DNA of 63,868 bases, the filler included, from Craspedostauros australis (lineage: Eukaryota), in NCBI GenBank assembly GCA_030167865.1. It is 21 parts of 21 records of this genome, joined end to end, with 100 filler letters (N's around TTAATTAATTAA, not from the genome) between each part and the next. Parts side by side here need not be neighbours in the genome. Positions count along the whole stretch, not along the records: positions 16,595 to 26,609 come from JALAGF010002010.1; positions 26,710 to 28,100 come from JALAGF010002011.1; positions 28,201 to 30,817 come from JALAGF010002012.1; positions 30,918 to 33,468 come from JALAGF010002013.1; positions 33,569 to 34,810 come from JALAGF010002014.1; positions 34,911 to 36,252 come from JALAGF010002015.1; 15 more parts are not named here. The stretch is one strand, 5' to 3'. Made by a program: the position numbers and the translations under genes. The notes beneath the pieces are model-generated. The model searched no databases. It was not told where the DNA came from and saw only the letters and a program-made list of their open reading frames with translations. This document shows, piece after piece, positions 23,378-36,352 of the stretch (the first letter of the stretch is position 1; every line of letters starts with the position of its first letter).

Positions 23378-26300
23378 TTACCAACCCATGATCAGCTTTC
23401 GGGCTGCCACGAATTTGGCTCGCGCCAATGGCTTTGTCATGATGTCGGCTTTCTGAAGAGTTGAATCGATGTACTTGATTTCGAAGGATCCTTTCTTGAG
23501 GTGAGATCGAAACCAATGGTATTTGATGGCGATGTGTTTTGATCTTGGTGTCATCCGCGGCGGCTTCGTTGTTGCTAAGGTGATGGCAGCTTGGTTATCC
23601 TCGAAGATGGTGGTCAGTTCTGATTCTGCCGTTGATTTGATGTGGAAGGCGTGCATGAGTTGTTTGAGAGCGTTCTTGAGAGGTATGACTGATCTCATTG
23701 CGGTTGAGAGTGCAATGTACTCTGCTTCTTGTGTTGACATGGCGATTTTGGACTGAATCTTCGATTTCCAAATGATGGGCATGTTACCAAGGGTGATGAT
23801 GAATCCAGTGCGGGATCGGACGGAGTTGGGATCTTGAGGATCTTCCTTTCCCCAAACTCCGGCAAAGTCGGCGTCGACATAGCAGTCCATGGAGCCGATT
23901 GCTGATCGCTTGACTTGGATGCCTTGGTCTTTCGTTCCAAGGAGGTAGCGTCCAATGCGTTTGAGTGCGAGTTCATGAGGATGTTTCGGATCATGGCTGA
24001 ATCGAGCGCACTGATTGATGGCAAATGCGCAGTCTGGTCTTGTGTTCGTGCCAAGATACATCATCATTCCCAATACGGATCTGTAGTTGAATTGATTGGA
24101 AATGGGATCGGCGTCTGGATTCTTACCAAGAGTGGCGTCTGCTGGAATTACGCGGGAGGATTCTTGTTGCAGTCCGAGGGATTCAATGACTTTGGCTGTG
24201 AGGCCAGGCTGAGAAAGTTTGATTTGGTCATCGTTGGATTTCTCAATCTTTATACCGAGGTATGCAGAGAGATCTCCTTTGCATGTGAGGTCAAAACCTT
24301 CTTGATGTAGCTGTTGGATAGTCGATTGAACGATTTCCATCGTTGTGCCACAGAGGATTGCATCATCCACGTAGACGCAAATGATGATGTTGCTCTTGAG
24401 GAACAGACAGGGATCTTGCTCGGCCATTCTGAATCCGAATTTGTCGCTGATGAGGGCGTCGCGAAGATGTTCGTACCACAGGCGTGGTGCTCTTCGGTCG
24501 CCGTAAAGACTCTTGTTGACTTGTAGAATAGGGCGGTCCTTCTCTGGAATGTTTGGGTTGTTGATAGGAATTGGTCCAGGAGGAGGAAGCATGTAGATTG
24601 GAGCAGGCAGATGAGATTGAACAAATGCATTTTTGAAGTCAATTGATTGAGTGTGCAGTCCATGTTCGATCATCAGTGCGAATATCAGACGGATGGAGCT
24701 CCATTCAACAACGGGAGCTAACGTTTCATTTCTGTCTCGCCCTGTTCGTTGCTGTTGGTCTCCTCGTACGCAGAGACGAGCTTTGAGCTTCATAATGGAT
24801 CCATCNNNNNNNNNNNNNNNNNNNNNNNNNNNNGTTGAAGGGATGATTTCGTGGTTGATTGCCATTGACCGAGGAACCACGCGGAATGTCTTCTTGTCGA
24901 GAAGCTGTTCGATTTCAGTGTTCATTGCTTTTCGCCATGTGGCTCGTTCGTTTAGGTCAGGGCAGTTCAGAACGTCGGCAAGAGATGGATGATCGTCATC
25001 ATGCGCTTTGGCTTGGAGGATGAGAGGGTCCATATCGTAGATTTCGTTGAGAGCTGGACTGGTAGATGCTTCCAGTAGGATCTGGTAGCGGCTTGGGATG
25101 TCGAAGTTGTCGTTGATGTCCCAATTGAGGTTTTGGAAGAAGAGTGGTGATGTCTGTGGTCGAGGTCCGCGCCCGCGGCAGAGAGCATGAATGCTATGAA
25201 AGACGGTGTTGCGAGAGGTTGCTTCGTTCTGACGGTAGCGAGCGGGTCTGCGAATGCGTCGTCCGGATCGAGATCGTCTGACTGGAGAGTTGTCTTCGGC
25301 CGTTGGTGGCTCTGGCTGTGGCATGCCAGTGTTGTTTTCATTGTCAAGGGAAGGATCTGGTAGCGGTATGCCGGCGTTGTTGTCCTCGTCGCCGCTGTCC
25401 ACTTCGGTGCCAGGCGGCAGATCATGGATGCTTGTATCGGGTGATGTGCGAGGGACGAATCCGTCGTCGTCGTCGTTTCTGATGATTGTTACCGGCGGAT
25501 GAATGAGCGGAGGCATGCGTGGTTCGGGGCGATGCTGGCGATTCCATTCTTCTCTTTCTTCGTCGGTCATGAATTCGGGATCTGCGTCAGGCAGAGGTCC
25601 GTCGATGTCTTCATCGTGGTCTTCGGCGTAGTTATCGCTTTCGAAACGGATGATGTCATGCCAGTTGGGGTCGATGTCGTCTTTTCCGTCGTCGGTTGTT
25701 GCGATGGTAGAAAAGCGTTCGTCGAAGGCGCAGTGATATTGACTGCTGATGTGGCCGGTACGAGGATTGAGGATGGATGCGACGGTTGAGGAGAACTCGC
25801 GGTTGAAGCCAAGGAATTGGCCCATACGAGCTCTTGCTTCCCATTTTGGAATCTTGTTCTTGTCTTGGAGATTCTTATGCAGGACGTATGCTGGGCAACC
25901 CCATACGCGCGATCGCTGGAGCATCACACAGCTGTCATCAGATCCCGTGAACTTTGCCATGGGAGAGCTGTTAGAGTTTCGCTGCGGAATGTGGTTGTAT
26001 GTCCAGGTGGCGTAGGTGACTGCGAGCGGCCAAAGTTCGACATCGAATTGATCGGGCCAGTGGAGGCTGACGTGAATGAGCATTGCTCTTGCCCTGTTCA
26101 TGATGACTCGGATAGCGACCTCTGCAGCTCCATTTTGATGGTGCGCTCCTTGTGACGCAAACCGGATGCTCTGATTGGCAGTCAACGATTCGCGGAAGGC
26201 GCGAGAGGAGAGAGAGCCTTGGTCCGTATGGTACATCTTGATGGACACGTTGCTCTGGCTGGCAATGTACTCGAAGTCGTTCTTGGCTTGGATGGTGTCG

Positions 26301-26609
26301 TGTGCGCCGAGAGATACCTGATGGAAGGTATGGATGAACCCGCTGTAGCTGTCGTAGAAGATGGTTCCGCCAACATATTTGCTGGATACGGGTTCACGCC
26401 CTTTGGTGTGTTCGAGGCGTCCTTTCACTGCAACGTGGTAGTGATCCACAGAGACGAGGTGACCTGGTTTGGTTGCGTTTGGAGCAATTGGGCGTTGGTC
26501 TTCGGATGGATGTGAGGTTCTCGTGGGTATTGGTCGACGCTTGGCCGTTGCGATGGCGCAGGCTTGGCAGAGTGGGTTGATGCAGTTGGCAGGTCCCTTT
26601 CCTCGCCCT
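23378..26609 (-). mobile_element. Ty1/copia (CoDi-like) pol: integrase, RT, RNase H; apparently intact, 5'-truncated
   Basis: YHTDQG, HHQNGAAE, KARLCVRGDQQ, YVDD, YVDADFAG, EAEYIALS, EDNQAA and KADIMTK in IN-RT-RH order. Confidence 0.97.
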
Positions 26610-27867
26610 NNNNNNNNNNNNNNNNNNNNNNNNNNNNNNNNNNNNNNNNNNNNTTAATTAATTAANNNNNNNNNNNNNNNNNNNNNNNNNNNNNNNNNNN
26701 NNNNNNNNNTCTCATGACACCATCGTCTCACGATTGGTGTCATCCTTGGTGATGTTCCAAACCTTCGGATGTTCTTGTCCGCAGGAGGGGCGCATGCTGT
26801 CCTCTGAAGGGGGTGCGTCACTTGCCCATCCGCCTGCTGTTCTGATCGACGTCGTTGTCTGCATGGTTGCCTTGGTTGGTTTGGTATTGGGACCTCCTGA
26901 CCCGCCGTAGGTGTCATCTTTACGTTACCAGAGGACAGACTACCCTCCTCGCGGTAGCACAGGTATCAATCACGTCCGTGTCCTTAGTCATAGTCACAAT
27001 GACATGGTATTCAAAGGTGTGATGAATAGTCTCCGAATATGTGACGAATAATATTCAATGTTGTGACAAATAATGTTGGAAGGTGCGGCAATCATGGGTA
27101 TTACGACAAAGTCTTACCCTCGATTCCCAACAGAGGCTTTCAACAACAATCGTACCAGCGCATGGCATCAAGTCATTACATGCATGAAACCCAAAATGAG
27201 TTGTAAAAGTGTAAGAACGCAGATTATGAGTCTTACTGAGTGCAACATGTACGCTCAATTACGCTACTGCTACTTCCTGATTGGTTGACACCTGTGTTCA
27301 CACCGCAACGCCAATTCAACGGTTTCACATGTATCTCTGTTTGGCATATCAGCATCATGCGTATGGTGCAACGATCGTGCTCGCGGCGAAAATCGCACCT
27401 CATCGCAGAGGCGGAGGAGGAGGTGGACCCGATACGGCACACAAATAAGCAAACATCAGAATGCCGTTTTCGTGTGTATGGTAATTTGATGTTCCTACTC
27501 AGACATGTATGATTATATTTTGGTACTGTGGACGCCGCCTGTTGGGGGCTGTGAGAAGTTGGTCAAAATGTGGGAGTGCATCGATTTCTCGTCCTGGGAA
27601 TGTGATTGCCGACGTCCTTTGGGTTGGCACGTTCACTACTTTTGCAGATGCTTGCTGTGCTTTCTCATCATCTGCCTTTGGTGCTGCTTTGCAGGTAATT
27701 GTGCTTTGCATATTTCAGTTGGGCGGAAGGCACCATTTGGAGACGATGATGAGATCATCATCCGTCGTTGGCTCAAGCCCTTCAAGACTTGGGTTTGGCG
27801 TGGAGCTGATCCGGTCAGAGAAGTGGGTCGTTCCCTTGGTGCCGCTGCCGCTGAGCAGACAAGCCGC

Positions 27868-28100
27868 TTAAGATGTGCAGGCTGGGCAGGAGCTGCCGGA
27901 CGCGACGGTAAAAACGGCAGTGAGAGGCGTGCAGGCGTTGGGGGCCTCAAAATTGTAGTAGCAGTAGCTGCATCCGGAGTATTTGGCAACAGGCGTGTCG
28001 TTGCACACGCCATCGGAGAGGTTGATGTCGGCACTCCAGTAGAACTGGTATCCCAAGTATCGGCAAGAGTAGGCTGGAACGCAGGTGCCATCGCCAATCA
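27868..28100 (-). CDS. C-terminal fragment of a Cys-rich, probably extracellular protein
   Basis: IGDGTCVPAYSCRYLGY...DGVCND...GCSYC...NAC...SCPACTS*; open to the scaffold edge. Confidence 0.4.
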
Positions 28101-28200
28101 NNNNNNNNNNNNNNNNNNNNNNNNNNNNNNNNNNNNNNNNNNNNTTAATTAATTAANNNNNNNNNNNNNNNNNNNNNNNNNNNNNNNNNNNNNNNNNNNN

Positions 28201-28990
28201 TGACAACAGCCAAGAGATCCTCCCTGCTTCAACACACGCAGGGAATCTTACATCAATTCCTGCGGCCTGACAACCTGTGTTCTCAATCCCAAACCTCAAT
28301 CAAGTTGTCAAGGCTTAGTACTCGAACGTAGAACGACTACGATGAGATACTGGAGAAAGAGAGAAAGAGAGGACCCGTCCGCCCTCAGCACTGAACCTCT
28401 GAAGGTCAGTGCAGAGCCGCACCATTCAGACCGACTATCGTTTCTTCATCCTACATCTCAAACTGATCAACTCACAATGCAGACTATTCAAATAACCAAT
28501 AGCACAACTTAAGATCAGCACTACAGCACTAATCTACTTCATTGTCACTAACTACTAATCCCCAGACGGTCGCCCCACGTTGACTTCACCATCAGATTCC
28601 CAGAATCTGGCAGTCAACTAGGCCATCCCTTCCGGATCGTGTCACAACAGCACACGAAAATCCAACTCCTGCATTTACCTTTTTGGCGCGAGACTCTTCG
28701 ACTTCGTCGAACGCAACAGCCTCCTTTCTTTTTTCCTCCTCTTTCATTCACGAACCATCACTGACTCAATGTCGAGATCAATCCGAGCCCAGTCATTCTT
28801 GGAACTATGCTCTCCAGATCCAACTAACTGCAACTCGTCTCGATTTCCTCTTTGTCTATGACAACCACATTGTTGTCACGGTCACAGCATGGATATCCAA
28901 CTTACTTCAACTCAAGTAAGGGAATCCAAAGGTGAATTCCAACCACAGCCACTGTTGCATTCTCAGCTCTAATGAAGTGCTGAGCTGTTA
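28201..28990 (+). mobile_element. Two adjacent fragments of LTR-like family C
   Basis: 28201-28648 ends CACAACA and shares CCCTCA..CTGAACC..TCAGTGCAG..ATCGTTTCTTCA with the minus-strand copy at 37490-38130. 28660-28990 matches the 5' part of that same copy. Confidence 0.55.
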
Positions 28991-29003
28991 TCCTCTATGC
29001 TAC

Positions 29004-29806
29004 TGTCGAGATGTGCATATGTGTATGTGCATTGCTCACCCATTGTTCTCTTATACTCCATGCACAGAAGGTACAACTACATTCGTGTCAATAGTGAACT
29101 GTGATTTGTCAAAATCACATCACGAAATTGAATACAGAAAAATAGGGAGAATTTCTGAAGGAAATTTGTAAATAATGATTTCTGAGAGCATTAGGAATCC
29201 TGTCTGTCCATCAACCAACTGAAACGTATGGCATCGAGCAAGGCTCGATGCACTTCCCAACTACACCTCAAATGATGATACTCTTGCCAGACCATCGCAT
29301 CATCAGTGGAATATGAAATCTGAAGGACCATGGAAGGCAGCAGCTGACGTCAACAGGATGCCATCGTGTCACCATGTTGACATCTGTCTCCACATCAGAT
29401 CAAGAAGGCAAAGATTCGATGACCGAGAGACATCAAGATGGTGGATATACAAGGAGTTGAGACAAGATGCTGGCAATTACTTTGCGGAGTAGTGGGCCAG
29501 TAGAGAACAAACTGACAGAGTATGTATCGAATATGGAGTACATATCAAGCACAGAATATCATGTGGTATGAACAGGCAATATTGAGAGAGAGAGAGAGAG
29601 AGAGAGAATACGATTCTGAGCAAGAGAGCATCTTGCATGCCGACTCGTAGTCAGGCTGACCAACAGAAGACACCAAGAGTATCGGACCAATAGCAGAGAC
29701 TCCGAGAGCATCGGAATGCCAACGCAATGAAATAGCAAACAGAATTGTAACAACCATCACCTTCTTCAGCAATTGCAAGAGAATCTGTGAGCAGAACTTG
29801 CCAACA
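29004..29806 (+). mobile_element. Solo LTR, family A
   Basis: TGTCGAGAT...GAACTTGCCAACA, colinear with 56491-57273, internal (GA)n tract. Confidence 0.75.
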
Positions 29807-31898
29807 CTGAAGCAGCATGAAGCAACGAAATCAGCCATGCCATTCACTTGAGCAACAGACAAAACGGAATTGGATGCGGGCCTTTGGAAGACTGCCAGCC
29901 GAGATTGGACGAAGAAGCAACAAATTTGTGTCCCAGAATGCCATGGACTCTACGCAGTTACAAATGGTCACCAACGAAAAAATTCCGAAATCACGCCCGT
30001 ACGTCGTCCGTATGAAAAGGTCGATAAAGGGTCAAAAGAGGCATCGAGATGAACAGGGAAGCGGAGACCGTTTGCTGACAATGCACACATCAACAGAGAG
30101 CTCTCACTCTCCTCTTTCCAATGATGTGAAGATGTCGGGCAACGGCCGTCAACTCATCGGATGGTTGCTTGTGCCGTCGGCGATACGCCAATGGTTTCCA
30201 AAAAGTGCAAACAAAAAACGGAAGTTAGCCGATGGCCGCCAGAGTGCCGTACTATGGGCTGATGGCAGCGATGCAGATCGGCCACGATCGAGAATGACAA
30301 TAACCATCGCTCCAAAATGTAGCCAGCAGGATGGATTCTACGACCTACTATAATTTAATACCTGGAACACCCAACATTTTGTCCGATTTTCACTTTTCTA
30401 GCTCGTGACTTACCTTAACGGGACTTAATACACGGCGTTGAGACAGAAAAGTGAATAGAGGCCTATCGCATTTCACATTCACACCCCTGTGTTCATGTCA
30501 CATGTGGCACTCACGTTCGGATTTCACATTGGTACTCGTGACTAGTTCGTGACCTACTCACAGAGACGACCAACATGACTGAATCGGCTTCTCTTCTGTA
30601 GAATAGAGCTCTAGTTTAGACTGTTCTGATATGATTGCTCCTTGCATGTTATCGCATCACTTGTTGATACCAAAGGTTGATAGGATCATTAATGGGTGTG
30701 CTCTGAGTTGCACACAACGCACATCCCTCTTTTTTCTCTTATGAGCTTCGTGTTCTGAGAGTTTCGCTGCCATCTCTTCTGTCTCAACTTTGCTACTAAC
30801 AGAGGTCCGGTAACATANNNNNNNNNNNNNNNNNNNNNNNNNNNNNNNNNNNNNNNNNNNNTTAATTAATTAANNNNNNNNNNNNNNNNNNNNNNNNNNN
30901 NNNNNNNNNNNNNNNNNACAAAACACGTGTGGTGTAGAGCTCTACTCTGCCCATTTAGTTTTCAACGCATGCTGTTTGCCTGGCCAATCCCACGTTCAGT
31001 ACGGCTTGCTTTAGCTGTAATTAGAATAAATGTATACATCTACTATATATATGTTAGTATTAGCATCTTATACTATATCCCTAGGCATATAAGTGTATAC
31101 CTACCGTTAGTCTAGACTCAATGCTCAACGTACGAAAAAGGACGGCTCCGGTGAGTCGACGATTGTGGAGGCACATGGTTCTTCTGTCGTGTGCGACACT
31201 CGCCCGGCGTATTCGCCGGCCACTTGTCTTCGTCGTTGACCTTTCACCATGTGCTTCATGGCGCACGACGTGGGGAGCTGGTATCTGCGGAGCCGTTGGA
31301 GCACCGATGTTTGACTCGCGTGCGCTGCACCATGTGCCTCTAAACGTCAAGCATCGGAATAGACACCGACACGACATGGAATAACCGCAGACACGAACCA
31401 GGATCTTCGTGGATGCAACATGGAATCGTGTTAGAAACGAGCCAGGATGGGTGGAGACATGGCACAGAATCGCACCAGACACGAACCAGGACGTCCGGAG
31501 ACACGGCACAGGACAGTCACAGAGAACACATCGACACGAAATGAGCACCAAATGAGCATCCAATTACCGCAGATTTGTCGCTGTGACAAGCGCTCAATCT
31601 GTACCATGCTACGTTATCGAGTCAAGTTGTGTTGTAAACAGCGAAATAGTGCATAAACTACAATAAGCTTCGATGGATAATAGCATACCATCGATACCAT
31701 TCAGACTATTTGAATGATATTGATTGGTTACAGCATTTACAATCACAATTAGCATGAGAGTTGTACTCCGCAGGATTTGAATACTAGGAACGTATGGCAT
31801 TGTGACAAATTCCTATAAGTTATAGTGTCGTATGTGACATGTTGATCTCGCAGAGATGGACACCAAAAGGGAATGCAAACGACGTGCAATCGACATCA

Positions 31899-32207
31899 TG
31901 CGAGCGCGACGTGAACATGGCGCGAGCGCAACGTAAACATGGCGTGAACATGGCGCGAACGCGGCGTGAACGCGGCGTGAGCGCAACACGAAAGCAACGT
32001 GAGCGCGGCATGCACGCGTTGTCAACGCGACATGGACGCATCGTGAACGCAACATGGCACGCAACGTCAACTTGACATGCACGCGACATGCACCCAACGT
32101 AAACGTGACATGAACACGACGAGAGCACGACGCGAACTCCACCACGGATGCATGTGGACGCAACGTATTCGCGACATGAGTGCGACTTGCACACGACCTA
32201 GTCACGA
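31899..32207. repeat. Degenerate 11-bp tandem array (~27 units, consensus CRYGAACGCRR)
   Basis: cgtgaacatgg/cgcgagcgcaa/cgcgaacgcgg/cgtgaacgcgg/catgcacgcga and similar units in register. Confidence 0.8.
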
Positions 32208-32870
32208 CATCGGGCACGATTTCAAATGCGTTGCGAGGATCGGTTTAGCGTAATCATGACTGGTGATCAATTATCTTCTGACTGTGTGGAAGTCCACTCG
32301 GGAATGGAGTAGTAGTAGAATACAGTACAATGTTGGCAAGGGATGAGACATCACAAAGGATGACTCCAGCCTCGAAACATCGTTTCTCCGCCCTCCGCAG
32401 TGTGCCTTGCTTGCAAACGCGTACAAAGGGCACAGCGCACTCGTTCGTCCATGAGAGCCACCACGAAGTCATGAAGATGCTGGGATAATAACAATATACA
32501 GCGACGAAGAATATAATCTGACGTTTTGTTCCGTTGAATTCTGTCTTTGCCGGCATCTTGGACACGACGAAGCACACTTGACAGCGGCGTCGTGGGAGAA
32601 TAGTACGCGTTTGTTGCGTTCTCTGCTGTCTTGCGCCCCTGGGTAGCGCATCATGAGAGCAGCTCCCCAACGGCAAAAGGAGACAACAACTGGTCTACCA
32701 GGAGTCACGCAGAGTTCGCGGAGAAATGCCGATTCCACCTTACCAAGTTGCAGTTTGCTTACACACTATTTCTACTGTTGCAACGGTTACTTTTTGACAT
32801 TGTTGGTTTTCGCCTCATTTTGATATTTGAAGAGGAACAAAGAGCTCACAAATTCGCAAGAAGTCAAATC

Positions 32871-33468
32871 ATGTTACTCCCACGCGGAACTTTCGCTGTT
32901 TTGGGGTTCGGACTGATTGGGTCTCGCCCAAGGGGCATGCTTGCGAACGATCTTTCCGTGGAATCGTTGCGACAGTTCGCGTCTGTGTTCGGAACGCATC
33001 CTGACATCGTGCACATCTTGTGGAACGAGCTCGTAGGCGCTCGAGCTCTCCCGCGCGGGGCCAAACCCAAACATCTCCTTTGGACGTGCGCGTTTCTTCG
33101 TCTGTACGTGTCTGAGACTGCGCTCGCTGCAGTGTGCAAGTGTTCCGCGAAGACACTTCGCAAGTGGATGTGGCTGATGATGGCAGCCGTTGAAACCGTT
33201 AAGGACCGCATTGTAAGTACTAATAAATTCGCACACCCGAACTACGACACTAAATTATTTTCACTCCATTCACTCACACATGTTCTTTTTCCTGGTACCG
33301 CTCCAATTGACAGATCGTCTGGAACCGTCGTTTCGTTGGCGCAAGTCACAACGCAAAAGCTCTTGTCACTGTTGACGGGACCGACATGCGAATCACCGAA
33401 CCGAAACCGTTTGACAAGAAGTGGTACTCGTTCAAATTTCGCGCTGCCGGTTTGCGTTACGAGTTGGC
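32871..33468 (+). mobile_element. PIF/Harbinger transposase, N-terminal part; intron 33213-33313
   Basis: PKHLLWTCAFLRLY...KTLRKW HTH region; the spliced exon gives VTVDGTDMRITEP...KWYSFKF...GLRYE. Confidence 0.88.
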
Positions 33469-33568
33469 NNNNNNNNNNNNNNNNNNNNNNNNNNNNNNNN
33501 NNNNNNNNNNNNTTAATTAATTAANNNNNNNNNNNNNNNNNNNNNNNNNNNNNNNNNNNNNNNNNNNN

Positions 33569-34810
33569 GTGTTGGCACCAGACTGGGTGAGCTGCAAGTG
33601 AACGTAGTCAATACCAAGGTACTGATCAACAAACACTGTCACGCATGTGTATTGCGACCAGGTGTGCATGCCGTTTTGCTGCGGAAGTACCCCAGGCTGG
33701 CAGGAGAAAATCTGGTCGACTGACACTATATGCCCTGGGAATCGCGCTCGTTTGACAACGTGCATGATATGGTTTGGCTTGCACCGACAGACAGCTTTGC
33801 CATAGATGCACCCAGAGCAGAGAGGGAACTTGGCCTTGGCCAAGTGTCGTGGTATGATGCTGTGTGACGCCATGTTGTGCAAGACACGGAAGGGTAGGTG
33901 TCCCAAGTGATGATGCCACCGGAGTAGCTGTCCTTGTGCGTCAGACGCACCAACAGGTTGTGTTGCCAACTGATCACGGACCAGTGTGTTGTTGTCTTGG
34001 AGAGGATCGGGCCTCAGCTTGGCAAGCTTGGGATCTTCGTGAACCTACATCAAGTCATCGGGGACATTGTTGATGTTGAGAAGTTCTGAGTTGCTTGGAG
34101 GACTGGAAGTAGCAAGGAATGCTGGTGCATGTCACTTGGTGTTGGTGACAGACATCAAAGGCAGGTTGGTGCCTAGATGATGATACACTGTGACCTTGCA
34201 ACGTGAAGAGCGCAGGACAGTGTAGTTGCTGTATGTCATGCAGGTACGCAGGTGCCTGTCATGGTGATCGTGGGGACCTTGGTCAGACCATTGCTGCGGA
34301 CAGAACAGATGGATGCGAAGCCATGGCGCATAGTATGCATTGGATATCTTAATCCGCAGTGGCCTGCCATTGTTGTCAAGTATTGTCCATGACAGTGTGC
34401 CCTTGGATTGGATGGGGATGGACTCTCCAACTCCTTCTATGGTCATACCATGGATAGGTTGAAGATCGTTGTTGAAGTTGCCGCATTGTCCAGAGACTGT
34501 GGCAAACATGCAAGTGTTGATTCCGATTGGCACATCACCCATCCAATGCAATGCCATCTGCATTGCAGAGGTGCCTTGCAGGTCTGTGACTGATAAGGTT
34601 GACTGGATGGGCGTGCTGACATGTCAGTTCTCGCTGATGTTTCCATTGCTGGGAGCGGAATGCTGACTACTGTTGAAGTTTCCATTGCCGTTGTCGAAGT
34701 GGATGTGAGGAGCTGACTTGGTGTGCACCTTGGCGGATTTGGATGAGGACGATTTCTTGTCATACAAGCGCTTCTTCCCAGAGGAGTCAGCATGCTTGCC
34801 AGATCGGGCA
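33569..34810 (-). mobile_element. Decayed copia fragment (protease to GAG-pre-integrase to integrase start)
   Basis: LLRWHHHLGHLPF...CSGCIYGK, VSVDQ, TVFVD, and upstream GTLSWTILDNNG..AYYAP; contains stops and CpG decay. Confidence 0.85.
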
Positions 34811-34910
34811 NNNNNNNNNNNNNNNNNNNNNNNNNNNNNNNNNNNNNNNNNNNNTTAATTAATTAANNNNNNNNNNNNNNNNNNNNNNNNNNNNNNNNNN
34901 NNNNNNNNNN

Positions 34911-35625
34911 CAAGTGCGTATGAGAGAATAGTGGGTGAACGATGCACATATACACGTACATCTTGACATATACTCACATGTACATCTCGACAGATCATGC
35001 TTGTTGTGAAATTGGAATCGAAAGGAGACGAGCATGTTGTGCTCACAGTTCTAAAACGGTACAGACTGATAACAGATTAGTCTACTACTATAACCCCGGA
35101 TTTCCAACACCTACTCACGTCGACAGGATGTCAACATGTCACCACGTCGACAGCTGTCTCCAAGTCAGAGCAGGAGGCGAAGATCAGATGACCCATGAAG
35201 ATCATGGATACTGAAGGTGAACTTCAAATGGTAAGTACTCATGGAGTAGGAACCAGAAAAGAACAAACGGAGTGTCGAATGCAGAGTATGCATCAAACAC
35301 GGAGTGTCATGTAGCATGAGCACACGATATTGTAAGAGAGAGAGAATACGAAGAGCAGCGAGAGAGCATCTTGCACACCGACTCATAGTCGGAGACCCAA
35401 TCTACAAAACAGATAAACGTGCCGAGAGCATCAGGAAAGAGAACGGACACCGAGAGGATCGGAGTGCTCAACGTAATGAAATAGCAAACGAACGACTATC
35501 AACCAACACCGTCTTCCACGATCGTAGGCTTCCAATCACGGAACTTGCCAACATGACCAAAGTGTTGGATGGACCAACAGCCACAGCATACAAGGAGATG
35601 CTGAGAGTCATGAAGTTAGCTGAAG
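34911..35625. mobile_element. Nested stack: family A LTR 5' end (minus, to 34992), family B LTR 3' end (to 35109), family A LTR 3' half (35110-35553), copia RT remnant (35554-35625)
   Basis: Direct similarity to 56491-57273 and to 11336-11748. TKVLDGPTATAYKEMLRVMK matches TKVLDGPTKAATKEMRRIIK at ~62250-62295. Confidence 0.8.
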
Positions 35626-35831
35626 TTCATCTAAAGAACGGACTACTTTCCACTTAGTGTGTTCCCTGTCGCACCATGAAATTGTTTTTGGCACGTCAAT
35701 TTTGGCGCGAAACCCTCTGCTTGCGAATATGGAAAATCACTCGTTTCCCTCCTTCTCCCACTCTCATTCATGAATTGTTGTGGACTTGAATCCCACTTGA
35801 TTCACTGAATTCAATGTACTCCGGGAACTAT

Positions 35832-36252
35832 CCCTTTACGACCGGAGCTTAACGCCCATATTATGGGCGATATAATGACACTAGTTGTTTTTTGAACGAA
35901 TTTTCCCTACCAGGGCCTACGTGAAAACTAAGTCTGTAGCCCTCACAACTAGTGTTATCGTGAGAAACTACTGATTTTTTGTTTGTGTCTGTTTCACTTC
36001 TTTCCATGGTATATACCCCAATGATCCCTACAGANATAGACTNGGCAGAAGCTACACATCCTGGTAACCCGTTTAGGTTTGGTTCCCTCCTTGCCAGAAA
36101 GTCTTGCATTTGCAGCCAGAAATGCACAGTATCTGCACGTTTTTGCCCAATCTCCTTTCACAATAACATGCTCGTGTTCTCTGTCTTCTCCCATCAATCT
36201 TGCTTCTGGGAGGGTGGGGGTGTTTGTGCTCATTCTGTGCCTTGTCACTATG
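35832..36252 (-). mobile_element. piggyBac-like element 3' end with transposase Cys-rich C-terminus (35994-36252)
   Basis: CRYC...TRMCSFCxVYxCRDHWGIYH* resembles the piggyBac C-terminal zinc domain; terminus reads CCCTTT at 35832. Confidence 0.65.
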
Positions 36253-36352
36253 NNNNNNNNNNNNNNNNNNNNNNNNNNNNNNNNNNNNNNNNNNNNTTAA
36301 TTAATTAANNNNNNNNNNNNNNNNNNNNNNNNNNNNNNNNNNNNNNNNNNNN

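Noticed and set aside
33314..33468. Joining this Harbinger N-terminus to the C-terminus at 63437-63868 as one gene
   Set aside because: The overlapping motif differs (KWYSFKFRAAGLRYE versus KWYSHKSHSAGLTYE), so they are different elements.
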